Notes: generated by a model not told the origin, from the sequence alone. 64,000 nt of DNA from Octopus sinensis (GCF_006345805.1 NW_021833729.1:1-64000), one strand, 5' to 3'; counted from the stretch's first letter, positions 38,190-52,839 are shown. Numbers and translations are program-made.

Positions 38190-40512
38190 GTTTACATACA
38201 TACATACATACATACACACATACATACATACATACATACATACATACATACATACATACATACATGCATGCATGCATACATACATACATACATACATATA
38301 TACATATATACATTCATACATGCATATATACATATATGCATACATACATGCATACATACATACATACACAAACATATACATACATACATACATACATACA
38401 TACATGCATGGATACATGCATACATACATGCATACATGCATACATACATACATACACACATACATACGTACATACATGCATGCATATATACATACATGCA
38501 TGCATGCATACACACGTACATACATATATACACACATGTATGCATGCATGCATACATACATGCATATATGCATATATAGATACATACATACATACATGCA
38601 TGCATACACACATACATACATGCATACATACATACATACATACATACGTACATACATACATGAATACATGGATACATACATGCATGCATGCATGCATGCA
38701 AACATACATACATACATGTATGCATACATACATACATACATGCATGCATACATACATACGTACATACATACATGCATGCATACATACATACATGTAAGCA
38801 TACGTACATACATATATACCTATATGCATGCAAACATACATACATACATGCATGCATACATACATACATACATGCATGCATACACACATACATACATTCA
38901 TACATACATGCATGCATACATACATACATGTAAGCATACGTACATACATATATACCTATATGCATGCAAACATACATACATACATGCATGCATACATACA
39001 TACATACATGCATGCATACACACATACATACATGCATACATACATGCATGCATACATACATACATGTAAGCATACGTACATACATATATACCTATATGCA
39101 TGCATATATACATACATGCATGCATACATAGACACATACTTACATACATGCATGCATTCATACACACATACATACTTACATACATACATGCATGCACGCA
39201 TGCATGCATACATACATGCATGCATGAATACATGCATACATGCATGCATGCAAACATACAAACATACATGCATGCATACATACGTACTTACACACATACA
39301 CACCTACATACATACATGCATACATACATACATGCATACATATATACATACATACATTCATGCATACACAAATACATACATACAAACATACATACATACA
39401 TACATGCATGCATACATACATACATGCATACATACACACATAGATACATACATACATGCATACATGCATGCATGGATACATACATACATGCATGCATGCA
39501 TACATACATACATGCATGCATGCATACATACATACATACAAACACACATACATACGTACATACATGCATGCATGCATGCATACATACTAACATTCATGCA
39601 TGCAAACACACATACATACATACATACATACAAACATACAGACATATATACATACATACATACACTCATGCATTGCTGCATGCATACATACATACATACA
39701 TACATACATACATGCATGCATACACACATACATACGAACATACTTGCTTGCATACATACACACATGCATGCATGCATACTTACATACATGCATGCATACA
39801 CACATACATACATACATACATACATACATACATACATACATACAAACATACATACATACATACGTACATACATGCATGCTTGCATACATACGTACATACA
39901 TAAATGTATGCATACATACATGCATGCATGCATATGTACATACATATACCTGCATGCATGCATACATACAAGCATGCATGCATGCATGCATACATGTATA
40001 CATACATACAAACAAAGATACATACATACATGCATGCATACATGCATACATACATACATACACACATACATACACACATACATACATACATACATCATTA
40101 CATACATACATGCATGCATGCATGCATGCATACATATATTCATACATACATACATACATGCATGCATGCATGCATACATAGATACATACATACATACGTA
40201 CATACATACACACATACATACATACATCCATACATACATACATGCATGCATGCATGCATACATACATTCATACATACATACATCCATACATACATACATG
40301 CATGCATGCATGCATGCATACATAGATACATACATACATACGTACATACATTCATGCATACATATATACATACATACATACGTACGTACGTACTTACGTA
40401 CATACATACATGCACACATACATACATACATACATAAAAACATACATACACACACACATACACACATACATGCATACATATATACAAACATAAATACATG
40501 CATACATACATA
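38190..40512. repeat. 2.3-kb (CATA)n/(CATG)n tetranucleotide array
   Basis: Directly visible; source of the long MYVC/HTYI pseudo-ORFs. Confidence 0.98.
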
Positions 40513-41334
40513 GAGATATATAAACATCCACATAAATATATGTCTTTTTTTATTTTTTATGCCTCCCCCTCCCCCATCACTTCATCACAATGCTGGTTTG
40601 TTTGCATCCCAATATGAGAGCCGTTCAAGAAAAGACCCCAGCGGAATTCGTTCTACACTGAAAAAACAGCAAATGATTTCGATTTTTTTTTACTAATCCC
40701 TTTAATGTAGTGCTCCAGCATGGTCGTAGTCTAATGACAAAGACAGGTAAAATATATGGAAAAAAAAAAAAACTGACTAATGCGAAGAACTTTAAGAAAC
40801 ATATTGAGTGAGTGAAACGTGCGAAAACTCGCGTATTGAATGAATCTAGTAATTTCGACAAGGGAGACAACTCTTGTTAAATCCCAGGGAAGTAACTCTT
40901 AGTTGTATTACTGTCTATCAAAAGAAAATTAAAAACGGCATTACCATAAAAGTGAATGAAAAGCAGAGGAATCCTGCAAAGGGACAGTTAACTAGGGTCA
41001 ATCAAGAAACCCTAATTATCCATCATCAACACTTCTTCACCCTTTTCTTTATTTTACCCGTCATAGTGTATCTAGGAATATATTATTTAATGTGTTTTTT
41101 TTTACTTTACCCGTCATAGTTTTAGTCGAACATATCGACCCCAGGACTTATTTCCTCGACATTGTACTTATTTTATGGGGCACTTTTACATAAGCGTTAA
41201 ATTTACGGGTTCGTAAACGCATGAACACCGATTATCAAACGATAGTGGGGTACAAGACACACTCACATAGATATATACATGTATACACACACATATATTG
41301 GGTTGGTAAAAAAGTTCGTAGCGGTTTTTCAACT

Positions 41335-41612
41335 GGTCATGGTCGTAGGATCGCGGTTTCCATTCCCGGACCAGGCGATGTGAGTGTTTATTGAGCGGAA
41401 ACACCTAAAGCTCCACGAGGCTCCGGCAGGGGGTGCTGGCGATCCCTGCTGTACTCTTTCGCCACAACTTTCTCTCACTCTTTCTTCTGTTGGCCTGCTC
41501 GCTTAGCCAGCGGGGTGGCGTCATTTGAAGGCTAAAACAATGCGAAGCGCATTGTGACCAGCGATGTGTTGCAACATCAGATAGCCTGGTCGGTCATGGT
41601 GATCACGGTGAT
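41335..41612 (+). mobile_element. SINE family C, 5'-clipped
   Basis: GTCGTAGGATCGCGGTTTCCATTCCCGGACC..GAGCGGAAACACCTAAAGCTCCACGAGGC matches 20761-21040. Confidence 0.75.
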
Positions 41613-41622
41613 ATATATATAT

Positions 41623-41654
<32 letters not shown>

Positions 41655-41663
41655 ATATATATA

Positions 41664-42988
41664 TATGGGGTCATCTCATAAACAATGCATTTTTTATACT
41701 TCTTTTATTTTTCAAAATTAAAATAGACAAAGTTGTTTTTTTTTAATCTAAAATATACTGTCCTTCATTTTTGTACAGTGGTCTTCCATCTATCAGCTAA
41801 ACTTGCAAAGTCCCGCTTCCAAAATTCACTTGCCCGTGATGTAAAATACACCTCCTGTACTATTCTGACCTCGTCTACAGAATTCATATTATTTCCGTCC
41901 AAATGATTTTGAAGACTGCGGAATAAATGATAATCAGATGGGTGTCAGTATCCGACGAATATGGAGGCTGGTCATCGTTTCCCATTCAAACTTCTCCACC
42001 CTTTGGAATGTCATCCTCGCTGTATGTGGCCGAGCATTATTCTATCTCTTTACTACCCACAAGGGGCTAAACGCAGAGGGGACAAACAAGGACAGACATA
42101 AGTATTAAGTCGATTACATCGACCCCAGTGCGTAACTGGTACTTAATTTATCGACCCCGAAAGGATGAAAGGCAAAGTCGACCTCGACGGAATTTGAACT
42201 CAGAACGTAGCGGCAGACGAAATACCTATTTCTTTACTACCCACAAGGGGCTAAACACAGAGGGGACAAACAAGGACAGACATAAGTATTAAGTCGATTA
42301 CATCGACCCCAGTGCGTAACTGGTACTTAATTTATCGACCCCGAAAGGATGAAAGGCAAAGTCGACCTCGACGGAATTTGAACTCAGAACGTAGCGGCAG
42401 ACGAAATACCTATTTCTTTATTGCCCACAAGGGGCTAAACACAGAGGGGACAAACAAGGACAGACATAAGTATTAAGTCGATTACATCGACCCCAGTGCG
42501 TAACTGGTACTTAATTTATCGACCCCGAAAGGATGAAAGGCAAAGTCGACCTCGGCGGAATTTGAACTCAGAACGTAGCGGCAGACGAAATACCGCTCAG
42601 CATTTCGCCCGGCGTGCTAACGTTTCTGCCAGCTCGCCGCCTTAGTGGCCGGGCATTATTCTGATGGGAAAAAAACCAAAGATGGTCGTTTTTCTTCCAG
42701 TGCAGGTGTCAATGAATGGTTGACTGACCAAATCCAAGCTTCTCTGCTAGTTCCTCAACAGCAACGATGGAATTTTGTTCCACTACATTTTGCAGGACGT
42801 CCTCATCAAGCCCTACAGATCTTCTAGGACGATGCTCGTTTTCTAGGCTGTAGTTTCCGGTTCGAAATTTCTGGAACTACCGTTTAAAACAGATCCTCAT
42901 ATGCCGCTGCATTAATTTTCCTCGCGCTTTTCGATGCGTTGTTGCCTTCATTAAACTCATAAAGCAAAATATGTCGAATATGCTCCGT
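41664..42988 (-). mobile_element. Mariner transposase remnant interrupted by a SINE trimer
   Basis: EHIRHILLYEFNEGNNASKSARKI (N-terminal HTH); DNARPH; PYSSD..PSDYHLFRSLQNHL; EFWKRDFASLADRW; internally deleted. Confidence 0.85.
42044..42641 (-). mobile_element. SINE-B trimer with 18-bp target-site duplication
   Basis: One head plus three bodies; flanked by GTGGCCGAGCATTATTCT (42026-42043) and GTGGCCGGGCATTATTCT (42645-42662). Confidence 0.9.
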
Positions 42989-43021
42989 TGTGTGTGTGTG
43001 TGTGTATGTGTATGTATATAT

Positions 43022-43052
<31 letters not shown>

Positions 43053-43053
43053 A

Positions 43054-43468
43054 GGCGCAGGAGTGGCTGTGTGGTAAGTAGCTTGCTTACCCACCACATG
43101 GTTCCGGGTTCAGTCCCACTGCGTAGCACCTTGGGCGAGTGTCTTCGGCTATAGCATCGGGCCGACCAACGCCTTGTGAGTGAATTTGATAGACGGAAAC
43201 TGAAAGAAGCCTGTCGTATATATGTATATATATATATGTATGTGTGTGTGTGTGTGTGTGTGTGTTTGTGTGTGTCTGTGTTTGTCCCCCTAGCATTGCT
43301 TGACAACCGATGCTGGTATGTTTACGTCCTCGTCACTTAGAGGTTCGGCAAAAGAGACCGATGGAATAAGTACTGGGCTTACAAAGAATAAGTCCCGGGG
43401 TCTATTTGCTCGACTAAAGGCGGTGCTCCAGCATGGCCTCAGTCAAATGACTGAAACAAGAAAAAAAA
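43054..43468 (+). mobile_element. SINE family A
   Basis: Full head-to-tail copy. Confidence 0.85.
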
Positions 43469-43620
43469 TATATATATATATATTTATATATAATCAAAGT
43501 AAGCAACAAGAATATTTTCAGTAATTCGGTTACTTTGTTGCTTACTTTGATTATAATCACCCCATGGATTTATATGGATAATACCATACAAATTCTGGTG
43601 CATCTGACTTAAGTACCGTA

Positions 43621-43680
<60 letters not shown>

Positions 43681-43698
43681 CATATATATATGTGTATA

Positions 43699-43778
<80 letters not shown>

Positions 43779-44351
43779 CATACATACATACATACAAACA
43801 TACATACAAGCATACATACATACATATATATATTGTTACTTGCACATGAGTAATGTTGTTAAAAAATAAAAACAAGAACCATAAGTTTTTACATAATTCT
43901 GCATTTATTTCATTTAAAATCATTAAGAAGCATGTTGCTGATCTTTTTAATGGTAACATTATCATCATTCCAATTAATTATCGATTGATTTCCTTATATA
44001 AAATATCACACCAAATTATTGGCTTTGGATTACAAATACGTCTCAAAAGATACTCGAGAACAATTCATGCATGACCAGCAAATAAACTGAGGTAACTTTC
44101 CCATGGTCAAAATCATGGTATAGACATGCATTCATGCACATGTACATACATAAAATTATATAATGTGTTTTAAATGAAATTGCAATCATGAAATGGCAAA
44201 ACCCACATTTGAAACCCTATGTACATTCATATACATCAAGAAAGCTGTGAAGAGGACTAGCCTCACACGTTTTCTTTCATTTGTCTCCATAAAAGGAATA
44301 CTTACAGAAAATATAAAGGAGCACTTATATATAAACTGTTTTATTAAGTCA

Positions 44352-44872
44352 TCCATTTATATATATATATAAAACTGTAGTTGTGTGAGTGTCTGTCCCC
44401 TTCGATTTAGATTCCTAACTACTCCCACATTTTGCGGTGCAGTTTAACCAAATTCAGGTATCTTATAGTCGTGATTCATATCGAGCCCGTCTGCATATTA
44501 GCGCGCGTCTACAATGAGTCTACGATTTTTAAAATAAATTAACATCATTTTTTATTTCATTTTAATGCATAATTTTTCGTGTGTCGATGGCGGCGGAGTT
44601 GGCGTCCATGGTCACATCTGCACCTGTTTGCTTCTCCCCCTTCTTCCCTCCCTTGTGAAGCTGTGGGGGAGGGAGTGTAAGGAAATCAACGTCGTAAAGC
44701 GTTGTCAAGGAGACCAGCGTTCTTTTAGAACAATGACTTCATGGCTTGAAGACACCAAAACAGAAATGGCTAAGAAAGCCCGAATTGGCATCTATAAGGG
44801 AAGTAACTCTCTAAAAATGCTTATATAGTTATTTCCCTTACAAACCCGAGCAACGCTGAGCGATACTGCTAG
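44352..44872 (+). mobile_element. Non-autonomous Helitron-type element
   Basis: a|TC..ATATAAAACTGTAG start; 3' CCCGAGCAACGCTGAGCGATACTGCTAG|t end. Confidence 0.65.
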
Positions 44873-45226
44873 TCATTAATAATATTGGTTATGTAAGAAA
44901 AAACTTCATAAAGATTATATTATAAACCTGCATTTAAGATATACAACAGTGATTTAAATTTGTTATAATATCATCGACTACGTTTATCAAAACTACTATT
45001 GTTAGTTAGCACCTAATATAATATTTGCTATTCTAAAATTCCGGTGATCAAATTAATAATTTTCATATGTTTTATAGGCATTTTGTCTTTATATTAAATA
45101 TATTTTATATATATTTTACATTTAATCTGAATATATTTATATTTTGTATAGGAAACATTTTAAGAGAACAAATGATTTAAATTTAAATTTCACAATATCA
45201 CGGTTAGCAAAGCAAATCGTATCTAT

Positions 45227-45447
45227 CTAGAATAGATTCAATTTCTTCTGAATTGGTTTACGGCATACATGGCACTCCTTCAAACGCTCTCCGCACTTTG
45301 TACAAGCTGTGTGACCACAATCAAATGCCATATTACAAGAGCAATTCAAACAAATTTTGCATGTAAACTTTGTTATCAAATTCACAACTCTCTCTTCCTG
45401 ATCATCTTCTGGAATGACAAATATGCAAGAAATATTCACCAAAACAT
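45227..45447 (-). CDS. MIB2: MIB2-like terminal exon with C-terminal RING and stop
   Basis: CKICLNCSCNMAFDCGHTACTKCGERLKECHVCRKPIQKKLNLF*; two in-frame acceptors (exon start 45447 or 45408); TAG at 45227-45229. Confidence 0.9.
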
Positions 45448-45474
45448 CTGAATGTACGCATTACATACTACCAC

Positions 45475-45508
<34 letters not shown>

Positions 45509-45531
45509 TGTATGTATGTATGTATGTACGT

Positions 45532-45606
<75 letters not shown>

Positions 45607-48600
45607 TAAGTAGTCATTTGCATACAACAATACTTTGGAAGCTATGATGGAAAATATTGGAAATCAAAACTGAAGGAAAATAAGTTTTAATGAACAAAAA
45701 ATAAAATATTGGTTAAATTTTACTTCTACTGCTAGCTATAGGCTCAAGCACTTTTTGAATGGAACTTTTTTGCTGCAGCTGTCACAGATTAACATATGAC
45801 TGCATGGCTGGAATAATATAGTGGATTTTGGAAACATTCGACATAAACTTCCATGGATATATCCAGCAAAGGCCAGCCAAGTATATGAGAGGAATCCACT
45901 CTCAGAGAAATTCAGCTGTTCTCAGACATACTCATGTATGATCAGGCAGGCTCCAATATCTGACCCTGTCACTCACACTGATTAGTTTATGATTACAATA
46001 ACGGTCTCTGTTCCCCGGAGTGAACTGAAGTCATGTCATCTCCACTCAGTTATTCCAGTCCCACTGGCTCTCCACTTCTTGTCACCCTCATTATATCCAA
46101 CTCCAGACCCGGAACTAATTACCATAAACCAGCATTCATTCCCGGAATGCTGAACCTTGAAAGACCGCTCTTTGTTTATGACCGTCCTACTCTTTTACTC
46201 TTTTACTTGTTTCAGTCGTTTGACTGCGGCCATGCTGGAGCACCGCCTTTAGTCGAGCAAATCAACCCCGGGACTTATTCTTTGTAAGCCCAGTACTTAT
46301 TCTATCGGTCTCTTTTGCCGAACCGCTAAGTGACGGGGACGTAAACACACTAGCATCGGTTGTCAAGCAATGCTAGGGGGACAAACACAGACACACAAAC
46401 ATATACACACACACTTATATATATATACATATATACGACAGGCTTCTTTCAGTTTCCGTCTACCAAATCCACTCACAAGGCATTGGTCGGCCCGGAGCTA
46501 TAGCAGAAGACACTTGCCCAAGATGCCACGCAGTGGGACTGAACCCGGAACCATGTGGTTGGTTAGCAAGCTACTTACCACACAGCCACTCCTGTGCCTA
46601 TCCTGTAGATAATAATTTACAAACTTTCAAGGAGCATCAGTTTCACTCGTCTTGGTGCATCTGCAATAGTCATGGGTACTGTGTTTTCTCCCAGATGCAG
46701 CAAGTAATAAAAAATATCGATGAGTAGTCAGTCATGAAACATTCATCAACCAAACTTACAACTATTCAACCAAGTTCTCGTTGGGTGAAGTATTGAAGCA
46801 GATAAATATGTTTCTTTATTAGCCACACAGGGCTGCACACAGACGGGACAGATTACAAAGTAGAGCTTTTCTTTTTGGGGGAGAGAAAAAAAAAGGGTGG
46901 GGTAGGTTTTCGATCAAAAGCGATCGTAAAAGGGAAAGAAAAATAAAAAAGGGGGTGAAAAACGATCAATAGAGATCGTGTATCACAGTGTCATGATGTA
47001 AAGTGTAAAGGGGGAAGCAGATAAGGTTTATCCGTGGGAAGAAAAGCCAAAAGAGCTTAACATATAGAGAGACAGACAGACAGACTGATAGATGGAGGGA
47101 GGGAGGGAGGGAGGGAGGGAGGGAGGGATGGGCAGACATAGATATAAAGTGCTTAACACAGAGAAACATATAGCCAGATAGGTGAGTAAAATGGTTAATA
47201 GAAAAACAAACAGAATGACAGTGAATGAGATTAAATGGTAGATAAATGAACTGGAAAATTGATGGAGAACCAGTCAGACAAATATTGACAGAGAGAGACA
47301 AGGAAACAAAGCAACAGATTAATCGTTTGGCTGAGAGTTAAAGAAGGTGGTAGGCAGAAAAATGGGATAATTAATAGGCAAAGTAACATTAACACACAAA
47401 GAAACTTATAGTGTACATATAAAAAAAAATTTTGCTTACGAATTTTAATTTTGTTAGCTATAGGCTCATTACACTGCAAGCAGTTTTCGATTGGAATAAT
47501 TTTGTTGCAGTTGTCGCAGATCAACACATGACTGCATGGCTGGAATAATATATTGGCCTGTTCCTCAGAACACAGCAAACAATCTCTGGTATTACTTTGT
47601 GGTTCTGCAGTATGTTCCTCCTTAGAGTGTTCAGTTGTGCTATGGAAAAAGGAAAAACACAGAGTAATCAGTTAAGGAGAGAATATTTACAAAAGCAGAC
47701 CAACTAACTAAATCTTAAAGACTCCGCCGGTTACGACGACGAGGGTCCCAGCTGATACGACCAACGGAACAGCTTGCTCGTGAAATTAACGTGCAAATGG
47801 CTGAGCATTCCACAGACACGTGTACCTTTAACATAGTTCTCGGGGATAATCAGCGTGACCCTTTGAAATACAAGTACAACTCATTTTTGCCAGCTGAGTG
47901 GACTGGAGCAACATGAAATAAAGTGTCTTGCTCAAGGACACAACGCGTCGCCGGGAATCGAACTCACAACCTTACGATCATGAGCCGAATGCCCTAACCA
48001 CTAAGCCACGCGCCCTCACTAACTAAATATGTATTATATATCATACCACATTAAATATTACAGCTTATAGTAAAGTTAGTATATATATATATGAAGCTGT
48101 ACATACATTATGTATCATAGAGAGTTCATGCTTGTAAAAAACAAAAGTTGGTTACTGCCTTAATACAAAAGGAAACTTTCCCAAGATTAGATCTCTCATT
48201 GAGAATAATTTTATTTCTTCCTCAGATGCCATTCCTGCTTTAAAAAGTAAGGAGGAATTACAACCGTGTTTCGTGGTCTGATGCCACAACAGCTCCTTTA
48301 TAGGATCCAGTAAACTCAAGACATCATCAGGAGGAACCACGCCCGGTTTCGGCCCCTACTCCTCTACCGTTTTGACGTGGCGGCCCACCCCTTTCGAAGG
48401 TGTCTTCAGCCCTGGTGTTGGGTGCATGTCTTCTTTCTTCTTCTTTCTTCTGTTCCCTGGCCTCTTCGATGTATCGTCAGCGAGTGTCAGCCGGTGACTG
48501 ACTGACTTGTCAAAGTTTTCCTCATAGAATAAAAGCATAACTTTTGGATTCATATCTGAAACTTAATCGAGAAGCAATGAGTTTATGTTGCCATTGTCCT

Positions 48601-51600
48601 TCCATACTTACAACATTGAGGCAAGTTTCACCAGTTTCTCTATTGATGATTGGTCACATGTGATGTCCAATGGCATAACATTTTGGTGGTTTCTGTGATA
48701 AATGTCTGCACCTTTTTGTACTAAATAACCAGCTATGACCTCCCAAGGGAGTTCATCTCCACCTAAACCGAGATGAATGCTAATCTGTACAAGTAAGGAA
48801 AATAGAAAAGAAACAAATTGTTAGAATAAAACCAAAAATTGTTAGAATAAAACCAAAAATTGTTAGAATAAAACCAATAGTCGCAGGAGTGGCTGTGTGG
48901 TAAGTAGCTTGCTAATCAGCCACATGGGTCCGGGTTCAGTCCCACTGCGTGGCACCTTGGGCAAGTGTCTTCTGCTATAGCCCCGGGCCGACCAATGCCT
49001 TGTGAGTGGATTTGGTAGACGGAAACTGAAAGAAGCCTGTCGTATATATGTATATATATATGTATATATATATGTATATATGTATATATGTGTATGTGTG
49101 TGTGTTTGTCCCCCTAGCATTGCTTGACAACCGATGCTGGTGTGTTTACGTCCCCGTCACTTAGAGACAGATAGAATAAGTACTGGGCTTACAAAGAATA
49201 AGTCCCGGGGTCGATTTGCTCAACTAAAGGCGGTGCTCCAGCATGGCCGCAGTCAAATGACTGAAACAAGTAAAAGAGCAAGAGCAAAGAGTATTGCCAC
49301 AAATTATATGTTTCATTAATGAGTCCGTGCTACGTCCCTAACAAGTATACAATATCTCCATATTTCGATTGGTTCTCAAAACAATAAACATCTTTTGATA
49401 TGTGGTTAATTTGATGTGGGATTTCTTACATATTATCTTCTCACTTTTTTTTCTTGGACATTTGTAATCTTTGAATGTTTGTTTGAATTAATATAATGAA
49501 GCAATGGTTAATATCAAAACACCGAAAGCTTGAAAGACTGAATATACAGAATATCGAATGTTGAAATATTTTAGAAGAAAATAAGAGAATTGATCTGATA
49601 AACATCTATTTACTGTTTTAACCCTTTAGCATTCAGATTATTCTGTCAAATGTAAAGCTTATGTATTCACACCATGTAAAATTAATCTTGCATCATTTCA
49701 TGGCTTTGAGATTTCAATGATGTGATTATTTATTTTTAAAATGACACAATAAGGTAGCTATGAATGACCATATCTGACTAGTTTGAACATAAAATAGGTA
49801 GAATATTTTGGCCGGATATGGCCAGTTTAAACACTAAAGGGTTAAAATGGTGTTTATCACCCTGCCATATATGTGTATTTGCAGGTAATTACCTTTAAAT
49901 GGACACATACAGACTTGAATAAAATTTAAATGTCACTTACGTCTTCTAGTAGTTTTGAATCTTCATCACTAGCATAGATAGTCTGCTTTGAGATGGCAAA
50001 ATGAAGGCAGGTGTTGCCATCTTTGTCTTCAGCATTGATATCGGCCCCGTTTGTCAAGAGTAATTCAATCAAACCTATATGGTCTCCGCTGGTAGCCAGG
50101 AGAAATGGTGTCAGTTCAAAGTGGTTTCGAATATCCACCTGAGCCTCTCCCTAGAAGAAAAGAGATAGAAATGTTGGTGGTAAGAAATAGCATTAGTGTT
50201 GATAATGGTGGTGGTGGTAGTAGTGATGAGGATGGAGGTTGTGGTGGAGGTGGATGACAGGGTAGTATTGGTCACTGACGTAAGAATAGTCGTGATCAGA
50301 GTGGTTATGGTAGTAGTACTATTTTTCTTCTTGTTATTATTATTAAATAAGAGAACAGTGCATGCCATCAAAGTGACACTGGGGTACATATAAACGAAAC
50401 CCAGTATACCTATCATGGATACCCATCTGATAAGGGTACACCAAGCACATGCATTACAAACATATCTGCATGACAAAGTGATCAAATATCAAGATAAACA
50501 GCAGGTGGGACCCAGTTAAAAGTTTCTTGTTTGAGTAGCCCATCCTGTTCAAAAGGTCCCTGAAAAAGGTTAGTTTAAGGATGATGTATGAAACACACCT
50601 GCAAATCCCAAAGAATTCCTCTCAACACATAAACTCCATCCAACGATTATTGTGTGTGTGTGTGTGTGTGTAAATGCTATACATATACACAAACACACAC
50701 ACACATACATATATACATACATATATAGTTATAATAACAATAATAGTTGGATGGAATTTATGAATATTTTAATGCATCATTATGTACATTGCTCCCCTGT
50801 GATCAGAGATACAAAAATCATCAGTCACTAAGGGACATGCTCAACCGGTTAAGGTCAAAAACTGACAAGCAAATCTGTGGCATTGAGCAGAATATTTGCT
50901 GCAGCCCAGCTTTTTTTATCAAGACAAAACATATAAATGATAGCACTTCCAATGAGTTTGGATTAAAAGCCATGAAAGCCATTGCCTGGTACTGCATCAG
51001 GGCATTTATTATTATTATAGGTGCAGGTGTGGCAGTGTGGTAAGAAGTTTGCTTCCTTGGAAACTAGGGATAGACGGTGAGAGCTGTACAAGCCATGTGC
51101 AGGGATGCTACCCATGAGGTGAGGGTTGACAATGAGTATAGCAAGGAATTCAGAGTACAAGGTGGGGTTTATCAAGGATCAGTCCTCAGCCCCTCTTATT
51201 CATCATAGTTCCCTAGGAAATAACAGAGGAATTTAAGGACAGGCTGCCCCTGGGAACACCTCTATGCTGATGACCTTGCTCTAATAGCTGAGTCACTACT
51301 AGAACTAGAGAAGTTTCAGGTGTGGAAACAAAGTCTAAAATTGAAGGGATTTAGAGTAAATCTAGTAAAACCCCAAAGTCTTAGTAAGTAGTAAGGCAGA
51401 TAAATCATAACTCCCTTCAGGTAGTTACTGATCTGTAGAAAAGAGAAAAGGCATACGTAGAAATTCCATACAATGTAACAAGTTTAAGCTATGGATACAT
51501 AAAAGATGCAATAATAACAAAGGATGGTTATGGCAGCAGCTGGCAGAAACGTTAGCATGCTGGGAAAGATGCTTAGCAGTATTTCATCTGTCTTTACGTT

Positions 51601-52807
51601 CGGAGTTCAAATTCCACCGAGGTTGACTTTGCCTTTCATCCTTTTGGGGGTCTATAAATTAAATACCAGTTGCATATTGGAATCAATCTAACTGACTTGC
51701 CCCCTCAAAGGATGGTTAACTGGGAAGACAGTTTTTGTGTGTGGCAGATGCACAAGGGCAATGAACACTGAAGATGTGCAAAAGACAGATTCCATCACAT
51801 GCCAGGGGGAAAAACTATAAGTAGTTGATAGCTTCCGTTACCTAGGTGACCAAGTCAGTAGTTCAGTAGTGGGGAGTGGATTCTCTGAGAGTGTAGCTGC
51901 TAGAATATATATATATATATTATATATATATATATAATAATAAATATTAGGGAATAAATCCAAACTTACAGGGAAAATTCAGATTTAGGATTGAATCCAA
52001 TTTTATAGTAAAATATTATATTATATTAAATTAGAGATAAAACCACTATTAGGCAAATCATACAATGAAAAACTTAAGCCAATACATAAGATTATTTAAT
52101 TTATATTATTTAAATATATAACAAAATTATTAAAAAAATATAATTAATATAACACTACGATCGATCATGGCTGTTAATTTCTTTAAATTTTCGAGTTACA
52201 GTCATTCATCAGGTGGTTTAAATATTTATCTTGGCGAGGTTTAAACAATCGAAAATTTAAAGAAATTAACGATCGTAGTGTTATATTAATTATATTTTTT
52301 TAATAATTTTGTTATATATTTAAATAATATAAATTAAATAATCTTATGTATTGGCTTAAGTTTTTCATTGTATGATTTGCCTAATAGTGGTTTTGTCTCT
52401 AATTTAATATAATATATATATATATATATGACCAGTTGCAGCATGGAGGGTGTTTATAAGCCATTTAAAAACACACAAAAACTATTAGATTCACTACAAC
52501 ATTAAAAATTTTATTTGTTGAAGTATTTCTGTCGCTTTGAGACCGTGATGAGTTCACTAACAAAATTCCACGCTGCATGAGATGCAGAATGGAATTTTGT
52601 CAGAGAACAAGTCTCAGTTTCAAAGCAATGGAAATATTTTGACAAATTAAATTTAAATGTTGTAGTGAATCTAAATGTTTTTGTGAGTTTTAAAATGGCT
52701 TATAAACACCTTCTATGCTGCAATTGTTTTTGTTTCAGCACACAATCTCCAATCAGGTCACCTTCTATGCAAGTACATCCCTGCAACATATATATATATG
52801 TATGTTT

Positions 52808-52839
<32 letters not shown>

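Noticed and set aside
38145-40533. Long ORFs (up to 561 aa) of MYVC/HTYI repeats
   Set aside because: They are translations of the (CATA/CATG)n microsatellite; the same applies to the YIYI, VCVC, IIII and NNNN ORFs throughout the window.
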